Source: Gammaproteobacteria bacterium
GTDB lineage: Bacteria; Pseudomonadota; Gammaproteobacteria; UBA4575
NCBI GenBank assembly: GCA_965222615.1
Contig: CBDCUI010000007.1
Location: forward strand, 416,001 to 480,000
Direction of reading: 5' to 3'
DNA length: 64,000 nucleotides
The notes beneath the pieces are model-generated. The model was not told the origin of the DNA and searched no databases. It worked only from the letters and a program-made list of their open reading frames with translations. The translations under genes and the position numbers were made by a program. The stretch's first letter is position 1, and every line of letters starts with the position of its first letter. Of this stretch, positions 29,461 through 40,596 are shown piece after piece.

Positions 29461-30708
29461 TCAATCAGGAATAATTTCGTTTTCAAATAATTGATTTATC
29501 GTCTCGCGTCGGCGAATCAAATAGGCTTGCTCACCATCCACTAAAATTTCGGCTGCACGTACACGTGAATTGTAATTACTTGCCATAACAAACCCATAAG
29601 CACCTACGGCATGGACTACCAATAAGTCACCCTCTTGAGCTTTTATTAAACGATCTTTGGCAAAAAAATCTCCAGTTTCACAAACTGGTCCGACTACATC
29701 ACAAAGTATTTCGTTGCCACTATTTTGTTTAATATTATTTATGTCGTGCCAAGCTGAATATAATGACGGACGTAAAAAATCATTCATGGCTGCATCAACC
29801 AAGACAAACTTTTTATCGATATTGTCCTTAATGTGTTCTACTCGAGTGAGCAATATTCCTGCCTCACCCACAATTGCGCGTCCGGGTTCAACTAACAGCT
29901 CCAGCTTTCTATCTTGCATGAAGCTTGCTACCAGTTGCGCATAATCGTTTATGGACGGTGCCTGGTCATGGTCTTCGTAACGAATTCCAAGCCCGCCGCC
30001 TAAATCAATATGCTGGAGGTGAATTCCGGTATCACTTAATTCATCAATTAGTTTGAAAACTCGTTCAAAGCAAGTTTCAAATGGCACCAAATCTAATAAT
30101 TGTGAACCAATGTGGCAATCCACACCAATAGCATGCAGATGACTACATGCTGTAATCTGCTTATAGATGTCTACAGCTTGCTTGATATCAACACCAAATT
30201 TATTTTCCTTCAACCCAGTAGAAATATAGGGGTGGGTTGTGGAATCGACATCAGGATTTACACGTAACGACACCTTTGCATGCACATCCATTTCACGTGT
30301 AATAGCATCTAAACGCACTAACTCAGGTATAGACTCTATATTGAAACAATAAATTCCTGTTAATAAGGCGCGATGAATTTCATCTGCACGCTTAGCCACT
30401 CCTGAAAACACTACTTTAATAGGATCGCCCCCTGCGCGAACCACACGCTCAAGTTCACCAATAGAAACAATGTCGAAGCCTGCACCAAGTTTGGCTAGCA
30501 AATTTAAGATTGCCAGATTTGAATTGGCTTTTACTGCATAACAAATGCGAGTCGGTAAATTCTGAAATGCTTGAGCAAAAGCTTGGTAATTGCTTTCAAT
30601 TGTAGCTTTTGAATAGACGTAACAAGGCGTGCCATAGGCATTGGCAAGTTCCAAGAGATTTACATCTTCAGCAAATAACAAATTGTTGCGATAGTGACAG
30701 GACTTCAT
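29461..30708 (-). CDS. lysA: Diaminopimelate decarboxylase
   Basis: YAVKANSN, HPYISTG..KFG, HIGSQ, GPVCETGD, MASNYNSR. Confidence 0.97.
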   Translation of the reverse strand: MKSCHYRNNLLFAEDVNLLELANAYGTPCYVYSKATIESNYQAFAQAFQNLPTRICYAVKANSNLAILNLLAKLGAGFDIVSIGELERVVRAGGDPIKVVFSGVAKRADEIHRALLTGIYCFNIESIPELVRLDAITREMDVHAKVSLRVNPDVDSTTHPYISTGLKENKFGVDIKQAVDIYKQITACSHLHAIGVDCHIGSQLLDLVPFETCFERVFKLIDELSDTGIHLQHIDLGGGLGIRYEDHDQAPSINDYAQLVASFMQDRKLELLVEPGRAIVGEAGILLTRVEHIKDNIDKKFVLVDAAMNDFLRPSLYSAWHDINNIKQNSGNEILCDVVGPVCETGDFFAKDRLIKAQEGDLLVVHAVGAYGFVMASNYNSRVRAAEILVDGEQAYLIRRRETINQLFENEIIPD

Positions 30709-30771
30709 AAAGTGTTTAACAGCTATAACAATTGAATTTTGAGCATACTACATGCTCATTCGATTTTGAGT

Positions 30772-30921
30772 TCAATTCTTGGATTGATCTTTAGACTTTT
30801 GTTTAGAATTGTCTTCTGCAGGGTCTTCTGGTAGATATAAATCACCAGTCTGGCCACAGCCAATAATGCTCGCCAGTAATAAAATCACAGGAATAACAAT
30901 AAACAACTTGAACTTGGACAT
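30772..30921 (-). CDS. lptM: Lipoprotein LppL/YifL (LptM)
   Basis: MSKFKL...IIGCGQTGDLYLP motif immediately upstream of lysA; ATG at 30921. Confidence 0.85.
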   Translation of the reverse strand: MSKFKLFIVIPVILLLASIIGCGQTGDLYLPEDPAEDNSKQKSKDQSKN

Positions 30922-30983
30922 CGTAATACGCTTTCTTTCAACTCTATTGTATAGAGCTCGAGCTTGACAGGGAACCACTCAAC

Positions 30984-31661
30984 ATGACGCTTTCCACCAT
31001 ACAAATGGATACTCAAGCTAATCCTGATTGCGCGGTCATTTGGCTTCATGGTCTTGGCGCCAGTGGCCATGACTTTGAACCGATTGTTGAACAGTTGAAT
31101 CTACCCAAAACTTTACGGGTGCGTTTCATCTTTCCACATGCCCCCGTTCAACCAGTAAGCCTTAACCATGGCATACCAATGCCCGCCTGGTACGACATTT
31201 ATGGACTGGAAATTGAAAGTAAAGAAGATGCTGAGGGAATCAAACGAATAAAAACTGATATCGATGCATTGATCGCGACGCAGAAGAATGACGGAATTCC
31301 CGTAGAGCGTATTGTGCTAGCAGGTTTTTCACAGGGTGGAGCATTAACTTTGTTTGTCGGTTTAAGTCATACACAAAAGTTGGCAGGACTCATTGTCCTG
31401 TCTGCTTATCTACCGCTACGTCATGAGCTAGAAGACTATGCAGCACATACGGATCGCAGCTTACCATTATTTTTAGCACACGGAAGTTATGACGATGTTG
31501 TGCCTTTAGAGTTTGCCCAAATTGCTCAACAAAAGCTTGAACAACAGGGCTTTAATATTGATTTAAAGTTATACCCCTGTGCACACAACGTTTGTGCAGA
31601 AGAAATCAGTGATATTCGAGCTTGGCTACTCAAAACATTCAAAAACCATCTAGCACGCTGA
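30984..31661 (+). CDS. Phospholipase/carboxylesterase (alpha/beta hydrolase)
   Basis: WLHGLGA, MPAWYDI, GFSQGG, HG..DDVV. Confidence 0.93.
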   Translation: MTLSTIQMDTQANPDCAVIWLHGLGASGHDFEPIVEQLNLPKTLRVRFIFPHAPVQPVSLNHGIPMPAWYDIYGLEIESKEDAEGIKRIKTDIDALIATQKNDGIPVERIVLAGFSQGGALTLFVGLSHTQKLAGLIVLSAYLPLRHELEDYAAHTDRSLPLFLAHGSYDDVVPLEFAQIAQQKLEQQGFNIDLKLYPCAHNVCAEEISDIRAWLLKTFKNHLAR

Positions 31662-31724
31662 TCCTGCGTTGTCTAAGCCTGCTATCTACTATTTTGAAAT
31701 ATGGTTTACTTCTATTAAGTTTTC

Positions 31725-33143
31725 TTAAGCTTTGAACTTTTGCAGACGTTGTTGTGCTAGTTTTATTTGTTCGGACACTCGTGCGGGCGAAGTTCCTCCA
31801 TAGGTATTCTTCGAGTTAACTGATCCCTCTAATGAAAGAATATCAAAAACATCTTTGCCAATGGAGGGACTAAATTTTTGTAGCTCATGCAACCCAAGCT
31901 GATGTAACTGTTTATTTTCGGAAATAGCATACTTAACGGCTTTTCCTACTACTTCATGCGCATCTCGAAACGGTACTTTCTTTTTTACTAAATAATCTGC
32001 CAAGTCGGTTGCCGTGGCATAGCCTTGTTGTACAGCCTGATATAACTGCTCACGATTAACTTTCATATGCGGTAACATATTGGCAAATGCGGTAAGGCAA
32101 GCATGCACCGTATCGATGCTATCAAATAACGGTTCTTTGTCTTCTTGATTGTCTTTGTTATACGCTAAGGGCTGGCTTTTCATCAAAGTCAATAATGCCA
32201 GTAGATTTGCATACACACGTGCACTTTTGCCACGCACCAATTCGGGTACATCTGGATTCTTTTTTTGCGGCATGATCGAAGAGCCTGTGCAAAAGCGATC
32301 AGGGAGCTCAATAAAATTAAATTGTGCCGAGGTCCACAATATTATTTCTTCCGCCATACGCGAAAGGTGAGTAAATAAAATTGCCGCAAAGCTACAAAAT
32401 TCTATGGCAAAATCTCGATCACTTACCGCATCCAGACTATTATGACATGGGTTATCAAACTGCAATTGTTTTGCAACATAGTCTCGATCTAAATCGAAGC
32501 TACTACCGGCAAGCGCCACAGCACCCAGAGGCGATTGATTCACACTCACTTTACATTGCTGTAAACGCACACGGTCACGATAAAGCATTTCAAACCAAGC
32601 TAACATGTGATGCCCAAATGTAATCACTTGTGCTACTTGCAAATGGGTGAAGCCAGGCATGATGGTTCCGGCTTCTTGTGCCGCAAGTGATAGAATGGCC
32701 TGTTGCAAATTAGCAAGCTGTCCATCAATAGCATCGATTGCTTCGCGCAAATAGAGACGTACATCGGTGGCGACCTGGTCATTGCGTGAACGACCGGTAT
32801 GCAATCGCTTACCTGCTTCGCCCACGAGCTCAGTAAGACGTGCTTCAATATTCATATGCACATCCTCCAAACTAGTGTTCCACTTAAAGTTTCCTGCCTC
32901 TATTTCGGTCTCAATCTCGTCAAGGGCCTGCAGCAATTGGTCACGGTCTTTTGCGCTCAACACACCAATATGGGCAAGCATTTGTGCATGTGCCTTAGAG
33001 CCTAGAATGTCATATTTATAAAGACGTTTATCAAACTCCACAGATGCGTTAAATTGCTCTACAAATTCATCTGTGGCCTCAGTAAACCGACCACCCCAGA
33101 GTTTTGAGCTTTTATCCTTCATCAGATTATTTTCTAAAGACAA
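31725..33143 (-). CDS. argH: Argininosuccinate lyase
   Basis: [27 protein letters not shown]. Confidence 0.98.
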   Translation of the reverse strand: MSLENNLMKDKSSKLWGGRFTEATDEFVEQFNASVEFDKRLYKYDILGSKAHAQMLAHIGVLSAKDRDQLLQALDEIETEIEAGNFKWNTSLEDVHMNIEARLTELVGEAGKRLHTGRSRNDQVATDVRLYLREAIDAIDGQLANLQQAILSLAAQEAGTIMPGFTHLQVAQVITFGHHMLAWFEMLYRDRVRLQQCKVSVNQSPLGAVALAGSSFDLDRDYVAKQLQFDNPCHNSLDAVSDRDFAIEFCSFAAILFTHLSRMAEEIILWTSAQFNFIELPDRFCTGSSIMPQKKNPDVPELVRGKSARVYANLLALLTLMKSQPLAYNKDNQEDKEPLFDSIDTVHACLTAFANMLPHMKVNREQLYQAVQQGYATATDLADYLVKKKVPFRDAHEVVGKAVKYAISENKQLHQLGLHELQKFSPSIGKDVFDILSLEGSVNSKNTYGGTSPARVSEQIKLAQQRLQKFKA

Positions 33144-33205
33144 AATAGCAGTATAGCATTAGGCTTATCAAACAAGATTGACTGACTCATCTCAGATTAT
33201 TCATC

Positions 33206-34291
33206 GTGACTAAACCTGACACTAAGCAAAATTCAAAACCTGACTCCGCCGTAGAAGAGCGAACGTTTTTGCCTGATTTTTGCAATACGCGCGTGATCTT
33301 CTTAGTGATTTTAATTGCGCAGTTACTGGCTCTAGTATTGACCTTGGCAGGAGGTATTCAGCGCACAGATTTTTGGGTATACCTAGCCTTAGTGTCTTTA
33401 TTCGTTACCTGGATTGCGTTAGGTAACATCTTGGTTTTATGCGTCAGCCGCCGTTTTCTACAAAAACTTCACCCTGCTGTTGCGTCCTTCAGTTATTATG
33501 CTCTCAGCCTGAGTGTTACTTTGATTGTGACATTAGTTGCGATGTGGTTTACACCTTCGGAAAATTTGCAAGCTACAATGTTTCCGGCCTTATTGAGTAG
33601 CGATTTACTAATTCGAAATATGGCGATAAGTGCTATTGTCTCCGCTGTGGCGTTACGGTATTTCTATGTACAACATCAGTGGAAATCCAATATTCAAGTA
33701 GAAGCACGTTCTCGTATTCAGGCCCTACAGGCTCGTATTCGCCCGCATTTCTTATTTAATAGTATGAATACCATTGCTAGCCTCACGCACACCAGCCCCG
33801 ACCTAGCCGAAAAAGCGGTAGAAGATTTAGCGGACTTATTTCGTGCATCGCTTGGCCACCAAGATCAGGTGACCCTAAAAGAGGAGCTAAACTTCACGCG
33901 GCGCTATATCAATATGGAAAAACTGCGTTTAGGTAAGCGACTTAAAGTTGAATTAAAAATACAAGAAGGTATAAGCTTGAGTACCAAGGTGCCAGCTTTA
34001 ATATTACAGCCAATTGTTGAAAATGCCATTTACCATGGGGTGGAACCTCTCACTGAAGGCGGCACCGTAAATATTGACATAACCTCTACACGACACGATT
34101 TACATTTTATAATTAGCAACCCGGTCGGAGATATCAATATTGACCAAAAGCGTCCGGGCAATAAAATGGCGCAAGAAAATATCAAACAGAGGCTCCAATT
34201 GGCCTACGGTGATTTTAGTAAAATGGAAATTCGCCACGCTCAGGGTTTTTATACGGTATCATTCAATATTCCTATCGAGGCAGATGCATGA
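33206..34291 (+). CDS. algZ: LytS-type sensor histidine kinase FimS/AlgZ
   Basis: FLPDFC, LQARIRPHFLFNSMN, QPIVENAIYHG; argH-algZ-algR-hemC synteny. Confidence 0.88.
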   Translation: MTKPDTKQNSKPDSAVEERTFLPDFCNTRVIFLVILIAQLLALVLTLAGGIQRTDFWVYLALVSLFVTWIALGNILVLCVSRRFLQKLHPAVASFSYYALSLSVTLIVTLVAMWFTPSENLQATMFPALLSSDLLIRNMAISAIVSAVALRYFYVQHQWKSNIQVEARSRIQALQARIRPHFLFNSMNTIASLTHTSPDLAEKAVEDLADLFRASLGHQDQVTLKEELNFTRRYINMEKLRLGKRLKVELKIQEGISLSTKVPALILQPIVENAIYHGVEPLTEGGTVNIDITSTRHDLHFIISNPVGDINIDQKRPGNKMAQENIKQRLQLAYGDFSKMEIRHAQGFYTVSFNIPIEADA

Positions 34292-35019
34292 AAGTATTAA
34301 TTGTTGACGACGAAGCACCCGCACGTGACAGGCTGTCACATATGTTAAGCAGTATGGACGACATCCAAAATGCTGGTGAGGCCAGTAATGGCATTGAGGC
34401 CGTGGAAATGGTGCAATCTACACGGCCCGATGTGGTATTGATGGATATTCGTATGCCTGGCATGGATGGTTTAGAAGCAGCCAGACATCTTACCGAAATG
34501 GATGAGCCTCCGGCGATTATATTCACTACTGCATACAGTGAGCATGCATTGGAAGCATTTGATACGTCTGCGGTAGGTTATTTAGTCAAGCCCGTGCGCC
34601 AGGAAAAATTAGAAAATTCCATTGCACGTGCAAAAAAACTCACTAAAGCTCAAATTGCCACCCTAAATCAAGAAACGGATAGCCCAGGTCGCAGTCATAT
34701 TTGTGCACGCATTCGAGGCAATTTAGAGTTAATTCCAGTTGACGAAATTCTCTATTTTCAGGCCGATCAAAAATACATTACCGTTCGACACCTGGGTGGC
34801 GAGGTCTTAATCGAAGATGCCCTGAAAAATTTAGAAAATGAATTTGAAGGCAAACTAATCCGTATTCACCGTAACGCTCTGGTAAGTACTCACTACATCA
34901 GCGGCATGGAAAAAAATCAAGATGGTCGTTTTGTGGTTACCTTTCGTGAAATCGAAGACCGTTTAGAGATTAGTCGGAGGCACGTAGCCGAGGTCCGTAA
35001 ATTCCTCAAATCACGCTGA
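34288..35019 (+). CDS. algR: LytTR response regulator AlgR
   Basis: REC domain plus LytTR (ADQKY, RIHRNALV, ISRRH). Confidence 0.9.
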   Translation: MKVLIVDDEAPARDRLSHMLSSMDDIQNAGEASNGIEAVEMVQSTRPDVVLMDIRMPGMDGLEAARHLTEMDEPPAIIFTTAYSEHALEAFDTSAVGYLVKPVRQEKLENSIARAKKLTKAQIATLNQETDSPGRSHICARIRGNLELIPVDEILYFQADQKYITVRHLGGEVLIEDALKNLENEFEGKLIRIHRNALVSTHYISGMEKNQDGRFVVTFREIEDRLEISRRHVAEVRKFLKSR

Positions 35020-35141
35020 CAGACTCTGATTTATTTTGATACTTCGTTAAAAAATGACTCGAAATGCTCATGTATGTTCATATACACTCCGCTTCCTCGT
35101 CATTTTTCGCCTCGTCTCATTAATAAATCAGTGCCCGTCTA
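35017..35141 (-). repeat. Family A element, copy 6
   Basis: Arms gacagactctgatttatt / aataaatcagtgcccgtc; begins at the algR stop codon. Confidence 0.9.
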
Positions 35142-35205
35142 AATATTACACTTAATTAATAATTCTATAATCCTTATTTACTAATAAGGTAACCCATAAT
35201 CTCCT

Positions 35206-36120
35206 GTGCTTATTAGAATTGCGACTCGGAAAAGTGCGTTGGCTTTGTGGCAAGCTGAAGAGGTCTCGCGTCGGTTACGTGAAATTCACACTGATCTAAG
35301 TGTAGAGCTCGTCAAAATGACAACCACGGGTGATCGTTTGTTACAAGAATCTCTCGCGACTCAAGGTGGAAAAGGTCTTTTCGTAAAAGAACTTGAACGT
35401 GGTTTATTAGAAAACCAAGCGGATATTGCCGTGCATTCTATGAAAGACGTACCGATTGAATTACCTCCAGCACTACATCTCCCTGTAATACTGGAACGCG
35501 AGAACCCCTGTGATGCATTCATTTCTAACCAATATACAACTTTGCAATCACTGCCAAAGAAAGCGGTATTAGGTACTGCCAGTGCACGTCGTGCCTGCCA
35601 AATTAAGGCTGCTCATCCACACTTAGAAATTAAATTATTGCGCGGCAATGTAAACACACGTCTTGCTAAATTAGACCAAGGGCACTATGACGCAATTATC
35701 TTGGCGGTTGCGGGTCTTAAACGTCTAGGTTTAGTTGAACGTATCCGTTCTATTCTTACTACTGAAGAATCACTTCCTGCCATTGGACAAGGTGCAATTG
35801 GCATTGAGTGTAGACACGGAGACGACGTGATTGAACCAATCATCAAACCATTAAATCATGCCGATACTTTGACTTGTATCAGCGCTGAACGCGCCGTCAG
35901 CCAAACTCTGTTGGGTGGCTGCCAGTTACCGATTGCGGGCTTCGCTGAACTAACCAGTGACCATTTAAGACTGCGTGCTTTGGTGGGCGACCCAAATGGA
36001 GAAAAGATTTGTCGCAGCGAAAAATTTGGTCACAAGCATGACCCGATACAATTAGGGAAAAGCGTTGCGACAGACTTAAAGGCTCAAGGTGCAGACGATA
36101 TATTAGCAACGCTATTATAA
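35206..36120 (+). CDS. hemC: Hydroxymethylbilane synthase
   Basis: RIATRKSALALWQ, GGKGLFVKELE, VHSMKD, LRGNVNTRL, GGCQLP. Confidence 0.97.
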   Translation: MLIRIATRKSALALWQAEEVSRRLREIHTDLSVELVKMTTTGDRLLQESLATQGGKGLFVKELERGLLENQADIAVHSMKDVPIELPPALHLPVILERENPCDAFISNQYTTLQSLPKKAVLGTASARRACQIKAAHPHLEIKLLRGNVNTRLAKLDQGHYDAIILAVAGLKRLGLVERIRSILTTEESLPAIGQGAIGIECRHGDDVIEPIIKPLNHADTLTCISAERAVSQTLLGGCQLPIAGFAELTSDHLRLRALVGDPNGEKICRSEKFGHKHDPIQLGKSVATDLKAQGADDILATLL

Positions 36121-36165
36121 CAAAGTAATAGTTACAATTTTTAATTATGAACTTTTATCTAACTT

Positions 36166-36945
36166 ATGGATTCCAATAAACAGCTTATTGGTAAAACAGT
36201 GGTTGTTACTCGACCACTTGAGCAGGCACAAAAAATTTGTGAGTTATTAGAGCGCTACCAGGCAACTGTTATACACTTTCCTGTATTAACTATAACCCCA
36301 TTAGTAGAAACAGAACTTGCGAAGCAGAAGTTTCAACAATTAGATAACTACCATATGATATTTTTTGTCAGTGCAAATGCCGTTCACTACGCTGTGAAGT
36401 TGTCACAAGAAATTGGTATAAACTTCATCAACAGAAGATTGATTGCTATAGGCCCGGCAACAAAAATAGCATTAGAAAAGTATGGTCTTAATATCGATAT
36501 CACCCCTTCTGCAAGTTATACCAGTGAGGCTTTACTTAAAGAAGAGCCATTACAAAACGTTCATGATAAAAGAATTCTTATCGTTCGGGGGCATGGAGGG
36601 CGTGAGAGATTACGGCAGGAATTAGAAGCACGCGGTGCTAAGGTAGAATATGCTGAGGTATATCAGCGCGAACTTCCAAAACAACGTAGTAGCATAGACC
36701 TTAGCGAACTTTCTAGTACTGATACTGCAATATTGATCTACAGTGTAGAGTCTGCACAAAACTTGTGGTCACTTTGTAGTATTAATGAACAACGGTGGTT
36801 AACTAACGCTACTCTTATTACGGGGGGAAACCGTATAGCTAATGCTACAAGTGAGGTAGGATTCGCAAAAACGCCTATAATAGCGGAAAATCCTAGTGAC
36901 GAGGCTATGTTAAATGCTCTTGTCATTTGGGCCAATACAAGCTGA
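36166..36945 (+). CDS. hemD: Uroporphyrinogen-III synthase
   Basis: VVTRP, FVSANAV, RGHGGRE, EVYQR. Confidence 0.93.
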   Translation: MDSNKQLIGKTVVVTRPLEQAQKICELLERYQATVIHFPVLTITPLVETELAKQKFQQLDNYHMIFFVSANAVHYAVKLSQEIGINFINRRLIAIGPATKIALEKYGLNIDITPSASYTSEALLKEEPLQNVHDKRILIVRGHGGRERLRQELEARGAKVEYAEVYQRELPKQRSSIDLSELSSTDTAILIYSVESAQNLWSLCSINEQRWLTNATLITGGNRIANATSEVGFAKTPIIAENPSDEAMLNALVIWANTS

Positions 36946-36977
36946 CAATAATAGAATTAAAAAATAGAGAAGCTGTA

Positions 36978-38066
36978 ATGTCAGATACAAATCAAAATAA
37001 ACAACCACCAAAAACAGTTAAAAAAAATAAGCACAGTTCCAGTGGCAGTTTTTTTACTGGTTTCATTGCATTTCTTGCGTTATTGCTAGCTGCAAGTGGA
37101 ATTGGTCTGGGTTATTTCGCATGGCTTGAGCTAAATAAACGACTCGATCAAGCTGCAGTAGATCGAAAATCAATTGCACATGATATCGCCACAATTGATG
37201 AAAATGTTAAATTGCAAGGCTTCAAGAAAAAAATTAATCAAAATATCGAAGATGTGGACCAAAAATTTGTTGAATTATCGCAACAATTCGAACAACAAGC
37301 AGATCAACAAGATAAACTTCAGCAATCAACTCAAGAAACCATTGCACATGTAAATCGAAGTCGGTTGGGCTGGGGATTAAAAGAAGTTGAGCATGTTCTA
37401 AGAATGGCCAATCATCGCTTGCATATTGAGCGCGATATCGGTAGTGCAATTACAGCACTTAAAGCAGCCAACACTCGTGTTCATGAACTTAAAGATGCCC
37501 GCTTACTACCTGTTCGTGAGTCTATTTCTAAACAAGTAGGGAAATTAAAAAATTTCCCCTATCCGGACTGGGTAGGAATTAGTTTGCAACTTGATAATAT
37601 TCTTGCTGGACTTAAACGAGATCTTATTAATGATAGCCAACAACAAAAAAGTGACAATGTAAAAGTCGATGACGATAGATCCGAAAGTAGTGAGCAGAAA
37701 TCTGGTTGGGGGAAATTTACCGAAGATATTAAAAATTCTATAAGCAATTCTGTAAAAATCACACGTGAAGAACAAAAACTTAAGTTGTTTATCAGCCAAC
37801 AAGAAAAACAAAGTGCATATGAGTTTTTACGTATGAAACTACTAGGCGCAAAATATGCCGTTGCTAGTCGCGATAATGAGAGTTACCACCGTGAACTTGA
37901 AGCTGCGACAGCATGGCTTGAAGATACTGAGTCAATGAACAACAGCGAAGATTTGATCAATGAACTAAAAGATTTATCAACTGTAAATCTTGAACCAGAT
38001 TTGCCCGATATCACTGAGCCCAATACATTGCTTGTCGACATCTTGGAAACTATAGAGAATAACTAA
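36978..38066 (+). CDS. hemX: HemX family protein
   Basis: N-terminal TM, coiled coil, EVEHVLRMANHRL, LPDI; hemCDXY order. Confidence 0.88.
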   Translation: MSDTNQNKQPPKTVKKNKHSSSGSFFTGFIAFLALLLAASGIGLGYFAWLELNKRLDQAAVDRKSIAHDIATIDENVKLQGFKKKINQNIEDVDQKFVELSQQFEQQADQQDKLQQSTQETIAHVNRSRLGWGLKEVEHVLRMANHRLHIERDIGSAITALKAANTRVHELKDARLLPVRESISKQVGKLKNFPYPDWVGISLQLDNILAGLKRDLINDSQQQKSDNVKVDDDRSESSEQKSGWGKFTEDIKNSISNSVKITREEQKLKLFISQQEKQSAYEFLRMKLLGAKYAVASRDNESYHRELEAATAWLEDTESMNNSEDLINELKDLSTVNLEPDLPDITEPNTLLVDILETIENN

Positions 38067-38079
38067 CCGAGAAAAATAA

Positions 38080-39270
38080 ATGTTAAGAGCACTAATAATT
38101 TTTATTTTCTTTTTACTGGTTTTTGCAGGACTGACGTTCTTTTTAATGCAAAAACCTGGCTTTGCTGTGTTTAATTACGGCGATTTAAGTATAGAGCTTC
38201 CTTTAGTAAAATTTGTTATTGGTTTATTTATTTTTTTTACCATCCTCTATTTCATTCTACGTTTACTAAGCTTTTTGTTTGGCGCACCAAAACGCATTCA
38301 CCAATCCGTCTCACGTAGCAAACAACAAAAAGCCATCAGCACGACTAAACAAGGCCTAACTCAATTTATTCTGGGCGATTGGCAGAAATCTGAAAAACTT
38401 TTATTAAAGGGAGCTGACAATATAGACAATGCATGTGTTAACTATATCTGGGCTGCACGGTCTGCCCATCAAGCAGGTGACTATGAAACTCGCGATCATC
38501 ATCTGAGTATGGCAAAAGAATGCACACCTGATGCAAAGGCAGCACTCAATGTATTACAAGCAGAATTGTTACTCGATCAAGGTTTACCAGAACAAGCCCT
38601 TGCAAGTTTAAATCAACAAAGCAATAAAATTCATTCAAATCCAAAAATAGCCATGTTATTTGCAGCAGCTTATGAACAATTAAATGACTGGCAAAAATTA
38701 GCCACCATTATCCCTGACTTAAAACGCACAAAAGGCCTTGATAAACAACAGCTTAACAAAATTGAAAGAAAAACGGTACAGGGTTTATTGAGCGGCAACT
38801 TTAACAAACTTAACGCTGATGAAGCCATTAAAATTGGATCACAATTTAAAGAAGTAATCGCTGCCGATCACGATCTCACTGTCGCTTATATTGAAGCGCT
38901 ATGTGAACAAAACAAATATACCGAAGCTGAAACCCTTATTACTAAAAGCCTGAATGACAAATGGAATAGCAAACTAATCTATCTATATGGCTTATTGGAG
39001 TTGGATGACTACAGTAACGCCCTCAAAAATGCTGAGCAGTGGGCCAAAACTCAGACCAATGATGCAAACTTGTATTTAACTTTAGGCCGACTTTGTAAAC
39101 GCGCACAATTGTGGGGCAAAGCGAAATCGTACTTTGAATCAAGTCTAAGTCGCAAACCCTTACCTGAAGCCTATGCAGAACTTGCCGCTCTACACGAACA
39201 GCTAGATGAAGCCGATGACGCGTACCAATGTACAAAAAAAGGCCTAAAACTTGCTGCCAAAGTAATATAA
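38080..39270 (+). CDS. hemY: HemY (TPR) family protein
   Basis: Two TM segments, GDWQKSEK, LGRLC..QLWGKA. Confidence 0.9.
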   Translation: MLRALIIFIFFLLVFAGLTFFLMQKPGFAVFNYGDLSIELPLVKFVIGLFIFFTILYFILRLLSFLFGAPKRIHQSVSRSKQQKAISTTKQGLTQFILGDWQKSEKLLLKGADNIDNACVNYIWAARSAHQAGDYETRDHHLSMAKECTPDAKAALNVLQAELLLDQGLPEQALASLNQQSNKIHSNPKIAMLFAAAYEQLNDWQKLATIIPDLKRTKGLDKQQLNKIERKTVQGLLSGNFNKLNADEAIKIGSQFKEVIAADHDLTVAYIEALCEQNKYTEAETLITKSLNDKWNSKLIYLYGLLELDDYSNALKNAEQWAKTQTNDANLYLTLGRLCKRAQLWGKAKSYFESSLSRKPLPEAYAELAALHEQLDEADDAYQCTKKGLKLAAKVI

Positions 39271-39372
39271 ATCTACATCACCTCGATCTCTAGCTATACG
39301 ATTTCATCAATTTTTTACATTAATCGACTAGATTTACAAACCGATAGCCCGTCTTAGGATTTGGCATCACGT

Positions 39373-39389
39373 ATAGTGAATTTCACTAT
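39373..39389. promoter_or_regulatory. Perfect palindrome, candidate operator upstream of the mrp operon
   Basis: ATAGTGAA-T-TTCACTAT about 100 bp upstream of mrpE. Confidence 0.35.
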
Positions 39390-39486
39390 TTCAACCTGTG
39401 CAATGTCTGCTTGAATATTTTTTCAAGCTTACGTATTTTAAGTCACTAACAGCCGCCATATATGTTGAAAAATTGACGCCATAACC

Positions 39487-39993
39487 ATGCTCGGTCGTAT
39501 ATTAGTAATTGCTATTATTTTATTCGTTTTGTGGCTATTGTTATCTGGTCATTTTGAGCCTCTGCTATTATCACTTGGTTTAATTAGCTGTATTTTTGTC
39601 GCATGGTTAACAATAAAATTAAATTTACTCAGCCCTGATTCTCATGCACTATGGTTCAATTTAAAACTACCAACGTTTCTACCTTGGTTTTTTCTTGAAA
39701 TAGTAAAATCAAATTTAGAGGTAAGTTGGCGAATATTGCATCCCAAATTACCTATTAGCCCCACTATAAGTTCGGTGCCTATCACTAAGCACAATAATAT
39801 TGGAAAAGCAGTTTATGCTAATTGCATAACTTTGACGCCTGGCACCTATAGCTTGGATATAAATCCTGACTTTATTGAAGTGCACTCATTGACAAAAAAC
39901 TTAGCCGAAGGATTGGATCAAGACAATATGGGCAAAAGAATTTTAGCGCTGCAAAAAAATATTCCCGATATCGATAACTCTAAAAAGCTTTAA
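39487..39993 (+). CDS. mrpE: Mrp/Mnh Na+/H+ antiporter subunit E
   Basis: WLLLSGH, ANCITLTPGT. Confidence 0.9.
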   Translation: MLGRILVIAIILFVLWLLLSGHFEPLLLSLGLISCIFVAWLTIKLNLLSPDSHALWFNLKLPTFLPWFFLEIVKSNLEVSWRILHPKLPISPTISSVPITKHNNIGKAVYANCITLTPGTYSLDINPDFIEVHSLTKNLAEGLDQDNMGKRILALQKNIPDIDNSKKL

Positions 39994-39999
39994 GATAGA

Positions 40000-40269
40000 A
40001 TGTTTCTTACTACTACCATTGCAATTCTACTGGTCATGCTATTTTTATTAATACGCGCAACACTTGGGCCAACTGTGTTCGATCGAATTCTCGCTATTAA
40101 TACCTTTGGTACCACAACAGTATTGTTAATTGCATTATTTGGATTCTTAACTAAACGCCCTGATTTTATGGATATAGCCCTGCTATATGCACTGATTAAT
40201 TTTATTTCGACTATTGCAGTATTAAAGCTGTTTAGATACGGAAGCCTTGGTAAAACCATTGATGATTAA
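40000..40269 (+). CDS. mrpF: Mrp subunit F
   Basis: GPTVFDRILA, DIALLYALINF. Confidence 0.9.
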   Translation: MFLTTTIAILLVMLFLLIRATLGPTVFDRILAINTFGTTTVLLIALFGFLTKRPDFMDIALLYALINFISTIAVLKLFRYGSLGKTIDD

Positions 40270-40281
40270 GGATATCTTAAC

Positions 40282-40572
40282 GTGATTATACTGGGTTGGT
40301 TATTACTATTGCTAGGCAGTGCCTTTTGTTTGATCGGCACTCTAGGGCTCATGCGTTTACCTGATTTTTTTACTCGTGTTCACGCAGCAGGCATCATAGA
40401 CAGCTTAGGTGCAATTCTTATTTTGTTAGGACTTATTACCCAGACTCAAGATATTTTAGTCATTATAAAACTATTGCTAATTTTACTTTTTATGATGATA
40501 ACTGGACCAACCGCCGTACATGCTTTAGCACGCGCTGCTTCATTATCTGAAAAAAAATCAAACATTGATTGA
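40282..40572 (+). CDS. mrpG: Mrp subunit G
   Basis: RLPDFFTRVHAA, PTAVHALARAA. Confidence 0.9.
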   Translation: MIILGWLLLLLGSAFCLIGTLGLMRLPDFFTRVHAAGIIDSLGAILILLGLITQTQDILVIIKLLLILLFMMITGPTAVHALARAASLSEKKSNID

Positions 40573-40596
40573 AAATACTTAATCGTAGCTAGAAAA

